A DNA stretch of 64,000 bases, from positions 679,406 through 743,405 of the forward strand of contig NW_027192203.1 of assembly GCF_041956535.1 (NCBI RefSeq), in the 5' to 3' direction. Made by a program: the position numbers and the translations under genes. The notes under the pieces were generated by a model. That model did not search any database. It was not told where the DNA came from and saw only the letters and a program-made list of their open reading frames with translations. Positions 38,921 through 56,027 of the stretch are shown here, piece by piece (positions within the stretch are counted from its first letter, which is position 1; each line of letters starts with the position of its first letter). This DNA is from Calcarisporiella thermophila CBS 279.70 (lineage: Eukaryota > Fungi > Calcarisporiellomycota).

Positions 38921-40739
38921 CCTCGTGAAGAAAAAGAGTGGAGAATCCAAACGCATTGATCGATCATCTTATGACCTGGCGCAGCAGAGGCGCTAAATTT
39001 CCACCCCAAGGGGTTCTCCAGATCCATTTTAATTGATTCACATAACACTAACAGGGGGATCTTGACACTTGCCTTCCAAAAAGCCAGCGCTGCCATTCCC
39101 ATTCCATGCTAGCCCCCCTTACCTCATCCGTTTCCACGGTGTTCATTAGCAGGAGGATTAGGAAGGCTGCGTTCTCCTTACAAAGGCAACCGCTAGCACA
39201 TGCGCAGGGTGACACTTCAATTTCCCGCCCAATCGCCACGTCCGTGGTTTGCTTTTGCACATGATTATTGTGATGCGATGGACCAAATTTGGGCCCTTCA
39301 CCTCACCGGAAATCCCCAGCCAAAATGGCCCAGCCTCCGCTTCGTCTGCTTTTCTTGACTATTTCACCCAAGCCTCCCAGCGACCCGATTCAATCGGCAG
39401 ACCCTTTCCCTGTCGTCTAGGAAAGACTAATCTGACGGATCAGTCCACTCTGATTGAACAGGGTGCTGGCGGTCGTCAGGATATTTATTGCTGGCCTTTG
39501 TTTTTCTCATTCTTCCTCACATGGAATCCCATAGTTCATAAATCCCATCCCATCAGGATTACACCTTCCAATGGTGAATAGATTAGGGGAGAATGAGAAT
39601 TGTGTAGTCCATTTCACCAATCACTTCAAGTGTCTATCGCAACGCGATCCGCTGATAGCTAGTGATTAAGCCTATGCATTCTTCCCTCTGAGAACTTCCG
39701 AAAACGGAGGGAATTGTTTAATTTCCAAAAGGCCATACGTTGGAGTTTCCCCAACAATGGCAATACTCTCTATTTTTCTTTAATCTTTCCTGTTTATACT
39801 TCAAAATTGCTCGAAACGGGGTTGGTACCGCCAATCCAGATCCGGCTTATTTCAATATGGTCGTCATGAATTGCAATAGTGTGCCAGTGAGCGTCGAATA
39901 AAGAAGGCTGTTCACAAACTCCTCCGTTTATCAAATCGATGCAACCGCGCAACGCAACAGCTTGCGCCCTGCAAGAGCGAGGCAATGTCCGATACAAAGA
40001 GATAAAGAGGAGAAAACAAAGCCGCGGTTCACTTCCGATCGGAGCTAAGCCCCTCGACCACTACTAGCCTGGCCACCCAAGCTAAATCACTGCCGTTTGC
40101 GCACAAGCTGGGCTCCTGGAACGCCGCGGGTTCCCGAAGGACGCTGTACATTCATGGAATGCGTTACGGTTGAGGATCCACCCTTGCCTTTGTGCGGCCA
40201 GGCCGACGATTAGATCAGGAGCGGCCGAACAAGAGAACAAGAGAACAAGAGAACAAGGCCATGTTCCCTCCTTCCCGCGAGTCTGACCGCGTCTCACATC
40301 ATGACTCAAACACGTGGCGGGCAGAATTAAAGTGCTACGGCAGCCTTGCGGCATGGTGGATAGACGCTAATCGGGAGGCTTTTTTTTTCCTTATTCGGGC
40401 CCCGCTTCTGTGATCAAAAAGTTAGTGTTCTAGAAGTTGGCCGAAAAGGGCCCTCGCCGGCGAGCCAAAGCCCTCGGGGGTTCGGAGCAGAAACGCCTGC
40501 AAGGAAAAACGATGGCTGCGGCTGGGGCCGCTGACGAGTATTGAGGCTTATTGAGGAGACAGGGCTGGGTCGATCGTCATTGGTTTCTGCTGTCCAACCG
40601 CCGGAGTCGCTGCGAGAAGAGCACACAGTTGCATAAGGCCCCGTAAACACTAAGTGGCCGAGCCTATAAAAGTCACTGGCCGGGAACCAGGCTCGGCCTT
40701 CCGGCCACCCTCGCTCCCACCGGTCTCGCGCTTTTCCCA

Positions 40740-41712
40740 ATGGAGAAAGACAAGGATCCCTTCACGCATCAATTCAGAATGTCTTCAGGCCAATTCGATT
40801 CCCAGCTGAGCAAGACCAGCAACGCCTTCGTGAGAAAGCTTTGCAAGTAAGTTCTGCCCTGCAATGGGGCTTCATTGCCGCGGTGGCACCCACGCTGACG
40901 CTGCATTCCTCATTAGCATGATTAACGACAAGAAGTTCCAGCATCTGATTTCGTACAATCACGCGGGGACGGGCTTCGTGGTTTGCGGTATCCAGGAATT
41001 CTCGCGCACGGTGTTGCCCGTGCACTTTAAGGTGAGCCCAGCAAGCCCCGGGTTCCGATCGGAAGGCGGCGGTAGAATTGACCCTCTTATTCTCTAGCAC
41101 AACAACTTCTCGAGCTTTGTCCGGCAGTTGAACATGTACGGCTTCTACAAGGTCAACAAGTGCCCGCGCGGCGTGCGGACTATGGTGAGTGATCGGCTGC
41201 CCTTCCCCTCCACGGGAGGGGCGGCTCGGTGCTGTTTTCTTCGGCCCACTCTGGCCCCCTCTTCCCAATCCATGTGCTGACCAGAGTCTTGCCCAATGCT
41301 GCAGGCGGAGAACCAGGTGTGGGAGTTCGCGCACCCCAAATTCTCCCGCGATCACCCGGAGCTGCTCAATGAAATCAAGCGGCGCCCGATCGAATCCGAG
41401 AATCGGAAAGACATGGACTTGCAAGCTCGCGTGTCCGCCCTCGAGTCCTCGCAGACCGAGTTGTGCCAACACCTGGCGCAACTAAGCAGAAACTTCGCCA
41501 TGGTGCTGAATACAATGGCCGAAATGAAGCGCCAGCAGTCTGCACAGCAAATGTGGATTAAGGAGGCTATATCCTCTCTCGGCGAGCAGGATCGATTCGA
41601 GCTGAGTGCAACGGTGTCCAGTGCGGACTCTCCAGAGCTGTTTTTGCTGGACGATCTTGTTCCTCAGAGCAGCACTCCCTCGCTCTTTATCGAGAAGTAT
41701 TTCGATATGTAG
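40740..41712 (+). CDS. Short HSF-type DNA-binding protein with coiled coil (4 exons)
   Basis: NAFVRKL..FSRTVLPVHFK|HNNFSSFVRQLNMYGFYKVNK..|..WEFAHPKFSRDHPELLNEIKRR followed by heptad repeats. Confidence 0.9.
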
Positions 41713-42379
41713 AGCTCCGGCCCGTGTGGAATCTATTCCACCCCTCCCCCCAACTCCATGAGTACGACATCGCTGCACAGCCGACTCATTGGTAGAAGCG
41801 TGTCTTCCCCTCCTTACATGAATCGCTAAAGAGCCGACTAAAATGCGGCGTGTCGCAGGCTCGAGCACCTGGGCTATTCCCCACTTTCGCCTTCGATCTT
41901 ATGCGACTTACAAATCGTCTCGCTAGATAGATGGCGCTCCAATCCCTGCGCTTGGGGCCTCTCTTCCTAGCTTTCGATTCGGCTTTGCCATTGGCGATTT
42001 TTTATCAATAAAAAGTAAACCGGGTGGGGAGAGAAGCTGTTTTCCACACCCTGCAATTTCCATTGAGCTTTGAACCAGGATTCAAGTCGTAGACAGAGCT
42101 ATAGAACCTTGGTACCCTATATCCTCAAACTTGGGCCTTGGCCCTTCAACTTCACTCTCGCACGCCATGGACAGTTTTGGACATCGATACTGGGGGATGA
42201 TCACGTATATTTTTAATAAAGGGCGATAGTAAAGAAGACGATATACACAGAAAATAGCTTTCACACATTCGCATTAGGAAAATAGAGGGTGGTGGAGTAG
42301 GGGGGCGGCGGAGAGGGAGAGGAGGAAGAGGGGAGAGATAAATTCCAAAAAAAAAAACTACACAACTAAACACAAATGT

Positions 42380-45300
42380 TCATGGCTGGACCGCCTCCAA
42401 TACAATCTGCTCATGATCCGTATAGATCTGCCCGGTATCGAGATTCTCCACGTGGTACAGGATCTTGAACCGGCCGCACGAGATACAACATAACTGCAAG
42501 TGGTGGTATACGGTGTCCCCAGGCTGAACTTCCGACAGAGGCGCTTGCAGCACCCCCTGGTACAGCAGCTTGTCCCCCAGAGCGGGGTCTTTTGCCCCAA
42601 TATAATTGGTTTGCACGGGAAGAAGTCGGACGCAGAAGCGCGCACCGGTGCCTAGGGTGGATCATCGCAACGCATTAGTATCCACGCGACGTCCCTCCAT
42701 GACAAAAAAAAAAGGAAAAAAAAGAGGACAAAAATCACTCACTGAGCCGATTCACCACGCCAATCGACAGCGACACAAAGGTGTCCACCTCACACTGGAA
42801 TTCCTTCGGGCCCACCCTTCGTACGTGACTGCCCTCCGCACTCGCGACCATCTCCACCGCAGGACGCTTGAGCGTCTCGAGGTGATGGGGCAAGAATCGA
42901 ACCATCGGCCGAAGGAAAACGGTGCCGCAACGTTTGGTGGAGGGGCAGTGCCACCTCATCTGCAGGCGTTTCAGCAGGGCCTCGCGGTACCAGAACTGCT
43001 CGCGGCGATGCTTTTCCTGCTCCTCGCTGAACCGCGTGGCAGACACCACAAACTGCTTGTTCTGCTCAAAGGTCGGAATGGGGCGAGACACCTCCTCGAC
43101 GGAGAGGGATATCCGCGGTAGGGGGAGCACGATGCGTTTGGTGGCATCGGGCTCTATGGAGACCTTGGAGCACGCAAAGTCCTCCTCCGCCTCGGCGACC
43201 CGGAAGCTCACGTCCATGGCCCGAGACCAAATGTTCTTGACATCCAGGGTCATGAGACAGCACTCGCTCTCCCTTCCGTTGTGCTGCCACGCCTTGATAA
43301 GCAGCGATTCCGTATCGGAGCCCTCGGTGGCGCCTTGGAGCTTGGCCCCGTGCTCGGAGAGCGACGGGTCGACCCCCAGGTAAGCCAGGTCGAACTGTGC
43401 CACCTCCAGATTTTGGTGCACCGTCATCAAGAAGGGGAGAAACAGCCGGCGAGTGTAGAAGGTGGGGGCAACGTTCCCCTCCTCCTCCCTCTCCATGTAT
43501 CCGTAGTCGATTTGGATGGAGGCGCTCGTGCATCCCCGCTTACCGAACACGTTGACCACGGCATCCCACGTCCCACCCGGTGGGATCGACACCTTGCGCG
43601 CAATGCTGGTCGCGTCCTTTTGGGTCGGGCTGGCCGGCCCCTCCCAGGACAGAGCGTGGATTCCCTTGGTGAAAAGATCCAGTTCGTAGATATCCTCCGG
43701 GGGGATCTCAGGCGTGATCACAGGCGCGTTTACCGTCGTAGAGTCGAAGAAAGAGAACCCAACAAAGTCGACCGGGGTGGAGCTGGCATTCTCCAGAGTG
43801 ATTCGCAGGCTGGTGGTCTCTCCCTCGAACAGATCTATTGCCCCGTGGAGCAGCGAGGTGGATGCGATCTTGACAAGCGGCTGCTTGGGAACCACCGACA
43901 CTTTGAGGGGTTGCAGCTCTTGGCTGGGTCGGTTGGCGGGAGGCTCGCCCGTGGACACCAGGGAATCCAGGCCGTTCTTCTTGATTTTGGTGGCTCCCCT
44001 GTTGTGCAAAACCTCCGTTTGCGTTGGGGATGGCAGAGGAAACTCTTGCTCGGTGCATCCAGCCACTCGTACTAGACAGCCTCGAATATCCAGCTCACCC
44101 GCCTCTAATGGCGTGCCCGAGAGTTGGACTGCCATAAAACTCGATGCCGGGACGAGGACTGACAGTGGTACCGCCTCAAACTTAGCACCTGACGTACTAC
44201 GGTGCAGAACAGAAGAATCATCAGTACAAGGCAGATTCAAAATGAAGTCCACTCAGTAGAGGGGGGAGGGGCCATACCTAAGGGTGAGGGATTGGACGTC
44301 AAGGTCGTAGGCAAAAGGATTGATCAGGGTCACCGTAAACTGAGACATCTCGTTCGCCACCAAGATGATCTGCTCGGTATCCTTCTTTTTGCTGAATGGA
44401 TTATAAATAAATGGATCTGTGCTGCCCTCAGCAACGGCGCCCCCTTGATTGGCAAAGGCACGGCCAGCGTGCGGGAATGGGATTAGGTGTTGGGGTTGCC
44501 TGTGCGGAAGATTCGAAATTCACTATGGTTGGGCTGAAAGTAGGATTCGCAAAGGATACTTACATGCAAACCTCGATCGAGGCGACCATGTTATACCCCC
44601 AATATTTTATATCCGTGCCGGGCTTGCCATCCTTTCTGATGGCGGAGACGATCCGCGGGACAGAGGTGGCGAGTCGAACCTGCTCGTCTTTGGGCAAATA
44701 TCGGTAGAACTTGCGTAGAAGGGTGGCGGTGTAGCTTAGCATGGAGGGGTAGTCGGAGAGTGCCTCGGATACCGTGATACATTCTCGCAGGACATCGACT
44801 TGCAGCTCTGGCCATCCCTTGGAAAAATCGGCGTCCAAGCCGTACGGGTTATTGGCCTCATCTCCTAAATCTAAACCTCTGATTCATTAGATCGCCGACC
44901 AGTGGCGAAGGATACCAGCCACTCACCCTCGATTCCATAGGTACTGCACAGTTTCTTGAGACACTCGAGGATACCTCGATCCGAGATCCCCGCGAATGAT
45001 TGGGATGATGCCATTCGAGCCTCAAAGAGCAAGGGCAATACCAGCAGCGCCGTTTGTCGCAAGAAGAAGGCGTGTTTGCGCGGGTATCCGATAAAAGACA
45101 TGATGGAAGCCATGACGGTGGTTATTTGGATCTAAAGGGGAGAAAGCACAGGTTGCATAAAGGAGTCAGCCGTCATCCTAGAGATGGCCGTCAATGGCAG
45201 CTCGAACCAACCTGCTCCGTGAGAGTCAAGTCATCCATCGGGAAATTCCATGCACGCATCACCCAGGAAGCAATATCGGGCCTCGAAACGCCACACTTAC

Positions 45301-47108
45301 GGCTCCAAATTTTGGGGGGGGCCTGCGGGGTCGCGTCTTCTCTCGCGCTAACGTTGCCCAGCAGTATGCTCATGGATTTCTCGTTCCACCCGTCACACCA
45401 CCACACCGTGGCAAGAAATCGCGCAATTTTAAGATAGGCCTCGATGGGAATCATCGACGGACAAGGTACCGCGCCAGATGACGTCGTATATTTAGTCAAG
45501 AGTTGCATGATAGTGGCATACTTTTCGGGAAGGTCAATCAGGAGGGGCTTTGAAGAATGGCCAGGTATGGAGACTGAAGGGCTTCCCGGAGTGCCCGCTT
45601 GACCGGGAGCAGGATTGGTGATTAAATGCTTGAGAAAAGAGGGATGGAGATGTGAACGGAACATTCAAAGTGCACGTGATTCGAAGTTACACTTACAGTC
45701 AAGTTCAGACATTCGGCCATAAAATAGGCGCAGCAGAGGCCTTCTAGTGCGCTCGCCTGCCATAGATAGTCAGAATTGGATTTCAGCAGCTCTATGCAAG
45801 TTGTATAGCTGTGAGTCAAACAGTTAAATAAACGTCGTATTAGATTATTGTTTTTTCTATGCGATATCCGCTCTGGTCATTCCACTCTATTAATACCTGG
45901 TGACTGCGTCAGGCAGCCGTCCCGATAGCAAATACAGATCGGCGATTAATTTCATGCCACGTGCTGGTGTCCGTTTGCGAACTTTTGCTTCAGCCGATGT
46001 GGCCATGCTTAGGTTGGAAGTGGGTGAGAGGGTGGAGGCGATAGAGGGTGAACGCAAGGCGGGATAGGTGGACTCGAAGTGTTCTGGACGCTCGGGCATT
46101 ACATCCTTCTTGCTACTGAGGGAGGTTTTGGCTGGTTGAGGCACTGATGGCTGCATATCAGGCGGATTGAAGGAATGCATTGAGTTTCTTGAAGCAGGGC
46201 GAGGAACGGCTAGTGACATGTATCCAGAGTACCGTGCCTGCGGGGATTCGATAATTTGTCGCTTGTCAATGTCAGCGGCCTAGAAAAAGCCAGTATTATT
46301 GAATGCCATATTCATTTTTTTGTGACAATGATAATCCAATACCAAGTTGCCGAATTCGGTCAACATGCTGCTAGCGAAATCGCACATCATGGTACTCATG
46401 TAAAAAGACATATCTCCAAAGTTGGGTATCATAACAAGGCCTTTGGTCGTATCTGGCTGGTTCTCTAATGGATCAAATGCAAAACAGCGGCTAACCAGCA
46501 CCGTCGGGTACTGAGAATACGGAAATAGTAAAGCTCGTTAATTTGGGCCGGTGTGCTCCAATACTGTAACAGATATCTTCACCTTTGAGAGATCCTGGGA
46601 AAATTGCTTGAAACCTTCGCTCATGTCTTTCTCCTTCCATTCCTGACAATCCATTATCCCGATGACCTTATATTGAAAAACATATTGATTAAAACAAATG
46701 AAGTGATCAGCAAGACATTCTCATTGACCCACCCCATATATTCGTCTATGCATTTGAAATTCCTCGAGATAAGCTTGCTCAGTCGAGTATTGTGAGACAA
46801 AATTAAAGTGGAGTTGCCCTTCTTGGAACACCTGAGAGCTGAACATAGCTTCCAATCCGAAGCAATGAAAAGAATTAGCAAATCTGAAAACCGAAAGATG
46901 ATAACAATGCGCAAACCAATAGGACAATAAACTTACCATTGGCTCCCTTCTTCAGATCGGGGGTCACGTCCCCCAATCGTACGCTATTGAAAGTCTGTAC
47001 CAGTGTGGCATGCTTCTTGAAGGTTGCATATTTAATGGGCCCCACGGGCACAAGTAACACGCGGATCTGTGCATGCGAAGCGATGGACGCAAACGATGAG
47101 CCCATCAT
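42380..47108 (-). CDS. TRS120: TRAPPII subunit Trs120/TRAPPC9 (multi-exon)
   Basis: AQIRVLLVPVGPIK..VRLGDVTPD, KLIADLYLLSGR, DYLWQASALEG, IGYPRKHAFFLR, DPFIYNPF, VTLINPF, REQFWYREALL. Confidence 0.93.
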
Positions 47109-47325
47109 TGCGAATCTGTAGACAAAATACGGTGAGTTGTGCTCTTTTCCTCTTCAAAATTTCAGATGAACGCAATGGCAATGGAGCCCACTTGCACGCG
47201 TTTTGTTAGACGCAGCAATTTTGAGGTTTCAGCACTGTCTGATGTTTTTAGCAGTCCCATTAACGACTCTTTTCTGCATCATTATTTCCACCTTGGCCTA
47301 CTTTCCATTCACTTAACCAAGGATC

Positions 47326-50932
<3,607 letters not shown>

Positions 50933-51915
50933 TTTGTGCATCTTCTGTTTCTCTCGTCTTTCCTTCCATGACTTCTTATCCCCTCATCTTACATCAACGC
51001 TGTTTTCATGACATATTCACTCATGGGGCTTTCAGAGATTCCTTTTGTAAATGTTTTTGCTTCTCTATAAAGATTATTTTTTAATTTATTTAATTAGCTC
51101 TTTTGGAAGAGAATTTGATTTGATTTGCCTAATAAAATCATTTTCGCGGATGATTGCGAGTAAAAATTAGGTCAACTGTGCAAAGTTAACCTAATTGTGG
51201 CATCGCGTTGACAGAGGATTTGGGTGGAGGAGGAGCAAGATCACTTGACCAAGTAGGACAAATGTAGCACACTGCGATATGACTACATACATCGAACCGT
51301 ATATGGTAGAGTGTCTCAAAAGGAAGGCTTTTGCAGGGGGAGGAGGGGGAGTGAAGGCATCATCGCCATAAGCCTCCCCGAGACTCCCCTAGTTTGTTCC
51401 GCTTTACCAAGTTTCTCCAGATCCAAAGGTTTCTCCAGACCTAATAAGTTTCATCCTCATTATTACGTGGTCTTTGCATATAGACAACTGCTCAATATTT
51501 AAAGACAGAAGGGGGGGACGGAGGGGAGAATGAAGGGAGAGGTCAAGGTCATACTTTCGGGTAACTTATTGTTTAATTCTCTCCTTGCACATACAGCGTC
51601 GTATTTTATCACTTGCTAAGAAATTTTGGTACAAGATTAATTAGCCGATCGTACCAACTAAAAAACTTACATAATCTTGACGGTCTGTGAAATTACGGTT
51701 GTTAGATTTCATAATGCTGGCCATGGTTGAATAAAATGATGCTACAAATTAGATTCGAACTGGACATACACCCTCTTCCTTGGGACTATAAATACGGCTT
51801 GCCTGGCTTTCTTCTTCGCGCTCTACCCTCGAATTGAATTCAGGCCTCTCTCCTCTCTCCTCTCCTCGACTTCTCCAACCGCCATCCCCACCCTCAACCA
51901 CACATAGGACACAGT

Positions 51916-53704
51916 ATGAAGATCTTTAACGCACTCCTCCTTGCAGCGGTGATGCTCACCCTCACCGCTGCTCAACAAGAAGCGCAGGTGCAGGACACCC
52001 AGGCTGACCAAGCGCTTCTCGAGTTCAACAAGCCATCGAAGCCCCTCTCCTTCAAGGGCCATCAAGTCGTGACCGTGGAGGTGCGCAACCAGGCAGAACT
52101 CGATACCCTTGTTCGCACGATCCAGGTTTGTGGGCCCAGTGGATAAAATTCTTGGACATTTGGGCTGACCTCTGCTTACCTCGTAGAAATACCACCTCGA
52201 CGAGTGGTCTCACCCCAAGATTGGCGAGGTTGACTTGCGCATTCCTCCTGAGCTTAGTGAAACCTTCAAGAAGGCCGTCCGTTCACCCCTCAAGGTCAAG
52301 ATTGCCGATCTGGGTGCTGCCATCGAGGAAGAGGCCAAGCCCAGTACAGAGGAACTCCGCCCCCAGTCTAAGGTGTTGGCTGCAGCCCCCCCGAACTTGG
52401 ACTGGTTCAAGAGCTACAAAAATCTTGCTGAACACCAAAACTTCATCAAGAAGTTGAACGCTGACTACGCTAGCATCACGGAGGTGGTGAGCGCAGGAAA
52501 GACATACGAGAACAGGGACATTACCGGGTTGAGAATCAAGGGCAAGAATGCCAAGAAAACCTTCATCATCCATGGAGGTATCCACGCCCGTGAATGGATT
52601 ACTCCGGTAAATCGCAAGCATATTAGAAGGAGCTAGCGTCATGAAGCTAACAAGATTTTCAATTGCATGTGCTACCCTTTTTATTTTGTGTTATTTAGGC
52701 CACTGTCGCTTATCTCATGAACGCTTTGGCTGGTCTGTACGGAAAAGACCAACGCATCACCAATATTGTGGACAACTACGACACATACGTATTCCCTATC
52801 CTGAATGCTGATGGCTACGTTTTCACACAAAGCAATCGTATGGTGAGTACTTGCTTTTCATTCAAATGGGTTGAAGCGTTTCCCAAAGTTGTAACCGCCT
52901 TTTTTGCACTGAATAGTGGCGGAAGAACAGACAACCCAACGGCGGTAGCAGCTGTGTTGGTACCGATGTTAACCGTAATTGGGTAAATACGCAGACCTTA
53001 TATTTAAAACTAAAAGTCCTGGGAAACTCATTTTTAAATTTATTCAGGCTGCTGGCTTTGGCGGTCCCGGTGCTTCAAACAACCCATGTGACGAAAGTAA
53101 ATCAATGCCTCCCGTTTTCTCCTCTTCTCCGTCGCATATGTGTTAACCCAACCTGTATTTTCCAAAATTTCTAGCTTACCACGGCCCCTCTGCCTTCTCT
53201 TCCCCTGAAGCCAGGGCGATGTCCCAGTTCATCTCGGCGAAGAGGCCCCATGTCTATTTCGACATCCACTCCTACAGTCAGCTGTGGATGTGGCCGTACG
53301 GTTACAAGTGCAGCGGAACTCCACCCAATGGAGCCAATATCGAAAAAGCTGGCCGAAGGGCTGCCCAGGCATTGCAGTCAGTCCACGGAACACAATTCAC
53401 TTCTGGGCCCATCTGTACCACCATCTACCAAGCGTCAGGAAGTACTGTCGACTGGGCCGTGGACAGTGAGTTTATTTCTCACATTTGTTTCTAAAACAAG
53501 AAACCATAGTGGCCGGCTTCTCTAACTCGTCTGCTCTCTATTCCCCTCCATATAGAAGCTGGAGTTGCCTATCCATACACCCTTGAACTCCGTGATAAGG
53601 GAAGATACGGTTTCGTTCTCCCGGCTAACCAAATCATTCCGTCGGGTGAGGAGACCCTTGAGGGCATTTTGACCTTGTTGGAATACGCTCTTGGCACAAG
53701 ATAA
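51916..53704 (+). CDS. Secreted M14A zinc carboxypeptidase with propeptide, copy 1 (8 exons)
   Basis: Signal peptide, FKGHQV propeptide, [47 protein letters not shown]. Confidence 0.95.
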
Positions 53705-54385
53705 TTCCCCCCCCCCCTATACCAAGAAAAGCCTGGTCTTTTCTCTTAACTCGTGTTATTTGTATAACTATATGCTCGAATTTAGTAAATAAAAGTAAGA
53801 GTTCATTTACATTGGCAATGCTATTTGCACGGAGGCTCCGCCCCCTTCTCCTCAAACTTACTTTCTAGTTCGCATCACCAGAAACCTTCGTGGAAAAAAT
53901 TTGGATTCACGTGATAAGGTTCTCCTTGCATTGTGTAAGCAATGGGGAAGCCATGGGTGTGATTGAATGCCACCTCGGTCGAAAGCGCCTGAAAATCCAG
54001 GCTGAACTGCCAAAAATAAGATTAGCCACAAACCCCTTTAAATTCCCTTATGTAACGATTACGAAACAAGCTCATTAAAATTGGCACTTAGAGGGTGTTC
54101 TCTTTCATTATTACCTACGAAATACTTTAAGTTTTGAGAGTCTGGCTGAAAACTTGTCTTTTTCCCCTGGTATTATGTCTACTTCCGTTCTTTGTGCCTT
54201 ATCGTCAAACACTACTTTAAAATGAAAAACCTAAGTTTTTATGGGCAGCGACCTTTTTAAAAGGATGCAGCCCAATTTCCCGCTACCGTCCAACCCGCCC
54301 ATTGAATTCATTCTATTTCTCTTATTTCCTAGACATATTGCACCTATTTCATACCGTTGTTACTTGATTTTATCTCATTTATATT

Positions 54386-56027
54386 ATGAGATTTTGTAAA
54401 GCGTTGATTCTCGTGGCTTCTCTCTTGAGTGCCGTGTCTTTGGGGTTCTCCCAAGGCCTTAGTGGAGCCGAAATACAGTCGATCCTCCAAAAAGAACGTA
54501 ACCCTCCTCTCGGGGGACAATTTTCCTTTAAAGGCCATCAGGTTTTGACCTTTGACATAAGGAATCAAGCTGAGTTGGAGGAATTAACCAAAGTGATCAA
54601 GGTAAAATAGTAATGAGGATATATTTTGAAGAGTTGCGAATTAGGTCGTTTATCAGCTTCACCTTTCCAAATCAATCTACATAGAAATATTCACTTGATG
54701 AATGGACAAGGCCTCATATTGGTCCTGTGGATGTGCGAGTGCAGCCTGAATTCATTACTGCTGTCCGCTCCTCCGTTCGCTCTCCAGTCAAGGTCAAAAT
54801 ACCAGACTTAGGCGAGGCTATTCTCCTTTCAAACCGCCAAGCAGATGCTCAGTTAAGGAAATCTGTCACCACACCCGGTCTCCCCAATCTCGACTTTTCT
54901 AAAAGTTATCATAACTATGAAGAACTGGCACAGTTTGTGACAAAGCTCAACAACGATTATAAGAACATCACCGAGGTGGTGAGTGTGGGTAAGAGCTATG
55001 AGGGACGAGATATGATAGGACTGAGAATAAGGGGGAAAAATCCCAAGAAAGTATTCATTTTCAATGGAGCACAGCACGCTCGCGAGTGGCTCACACCGGT
55101 AAACGCCCCTTGTAAAGCGATACAATCCAACCTTTATTAATCTCGTTTTGTCTCCCTCAAACTCAAGGCTGTCACCGCATACATAATGGATGCATTTACA
55201 GGCCTCTACGGCAAAGACGAGACCATTACGCAGTTGGTAGATCACTACGATATCTACGCAATCCCGGTCATGAATCCCGATGGCTATAAGTTCACACAAT
55301 CTAATCGTATGTGGCGTAAAAATCGTCAACCGAATCCCAGCAGCCGATGCATCGGAACGAATACTGATCGCAACTGGGATGCAGCATTTGGCGGTCCCGG
55401 GTCTTCCAATGATCCATGCGATGAAGGTAAGATGACCAGGAGCGCAAGTCTATTTCATAGTCCTTGGAGGAGAACTATGTTCTCTTTTCGTTTAATACCT
55501 TTAATTCCTTAGCATACCATGGCCCCTCCGCCTTCTCATCGCCAGAGTCCAAAAACATGGCCGAATTCATTAAAAGTAAGAAAGCCTACGTGTACATTGA
55601 CTTCCACGCTTACGGCCAGCGATGGATGTGGTCCTATGGCGATAGTTGTAGTAAAAAACCTCCGAATGAGGAAAAATTAAAAAAGGGAGCCGAGCTCGCG
55701 GTGAATGCTCTGGCCGCCACCCACGGTAGCCGTTTCGAGACGGGACCCAATTGCTCTCCTTATGAAATCTCAGGAAGCGCAGTTGACTGGGCTACGGAGA
55801 GTGAGTACCCTTGCAAACTAATTACTTTGCATATCGACTTCTTTAATGCAACAACGCAACTCACATCTTAAATGCGTATAGAGGGACAGGTGCCTTTCGC
55901 TTACGCTGTTGAACTACGGGATCAAGGTAGATACGGTTTTGTATTGCCAGCTAACCAAATCATCCCATCTGGTGAGGAAACGCTAGCAGGTGTAAGCGCG
56001 TTGTTAAGATACGTCATGGATAACTAA
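54386..56027 (+). CDS. Secreted M14A zinc carboxypeptidase, copy 2 (6 exons)
   Basis: [42 protein letters not shown]. Confidence 0.94.

Noticed and set aside
40227-40257. (GAACAAGA)x~4 upstream of the HSF-type gene
   Set aside because: Simple tandem repeat; the spacing is not an nGAAn inverted heat-shock element, and there are no spacers, so it is not CRISPR-like.
42606-44259. Long antisense ORFs over TRS120 (and similarly over the UNC79-like 3' exons)
   Set aside because: Expected shadows of high-GC3 coding sequence.
44551-44563. GTATCCTTT (U12-like donor) in a TRS120 intron
   Set aside because: It lies 4 nt inside a GTAAGT donor. Using it would leave an in-frame TAA, and there is no TCCTTAAC branch; the U2 donor restores the frame.
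51745-51790. GTTCGAATC T-loop-like motif on the minus strand
   Set aside because: No T-stem or cloverleaf; no tRNA found in the window.
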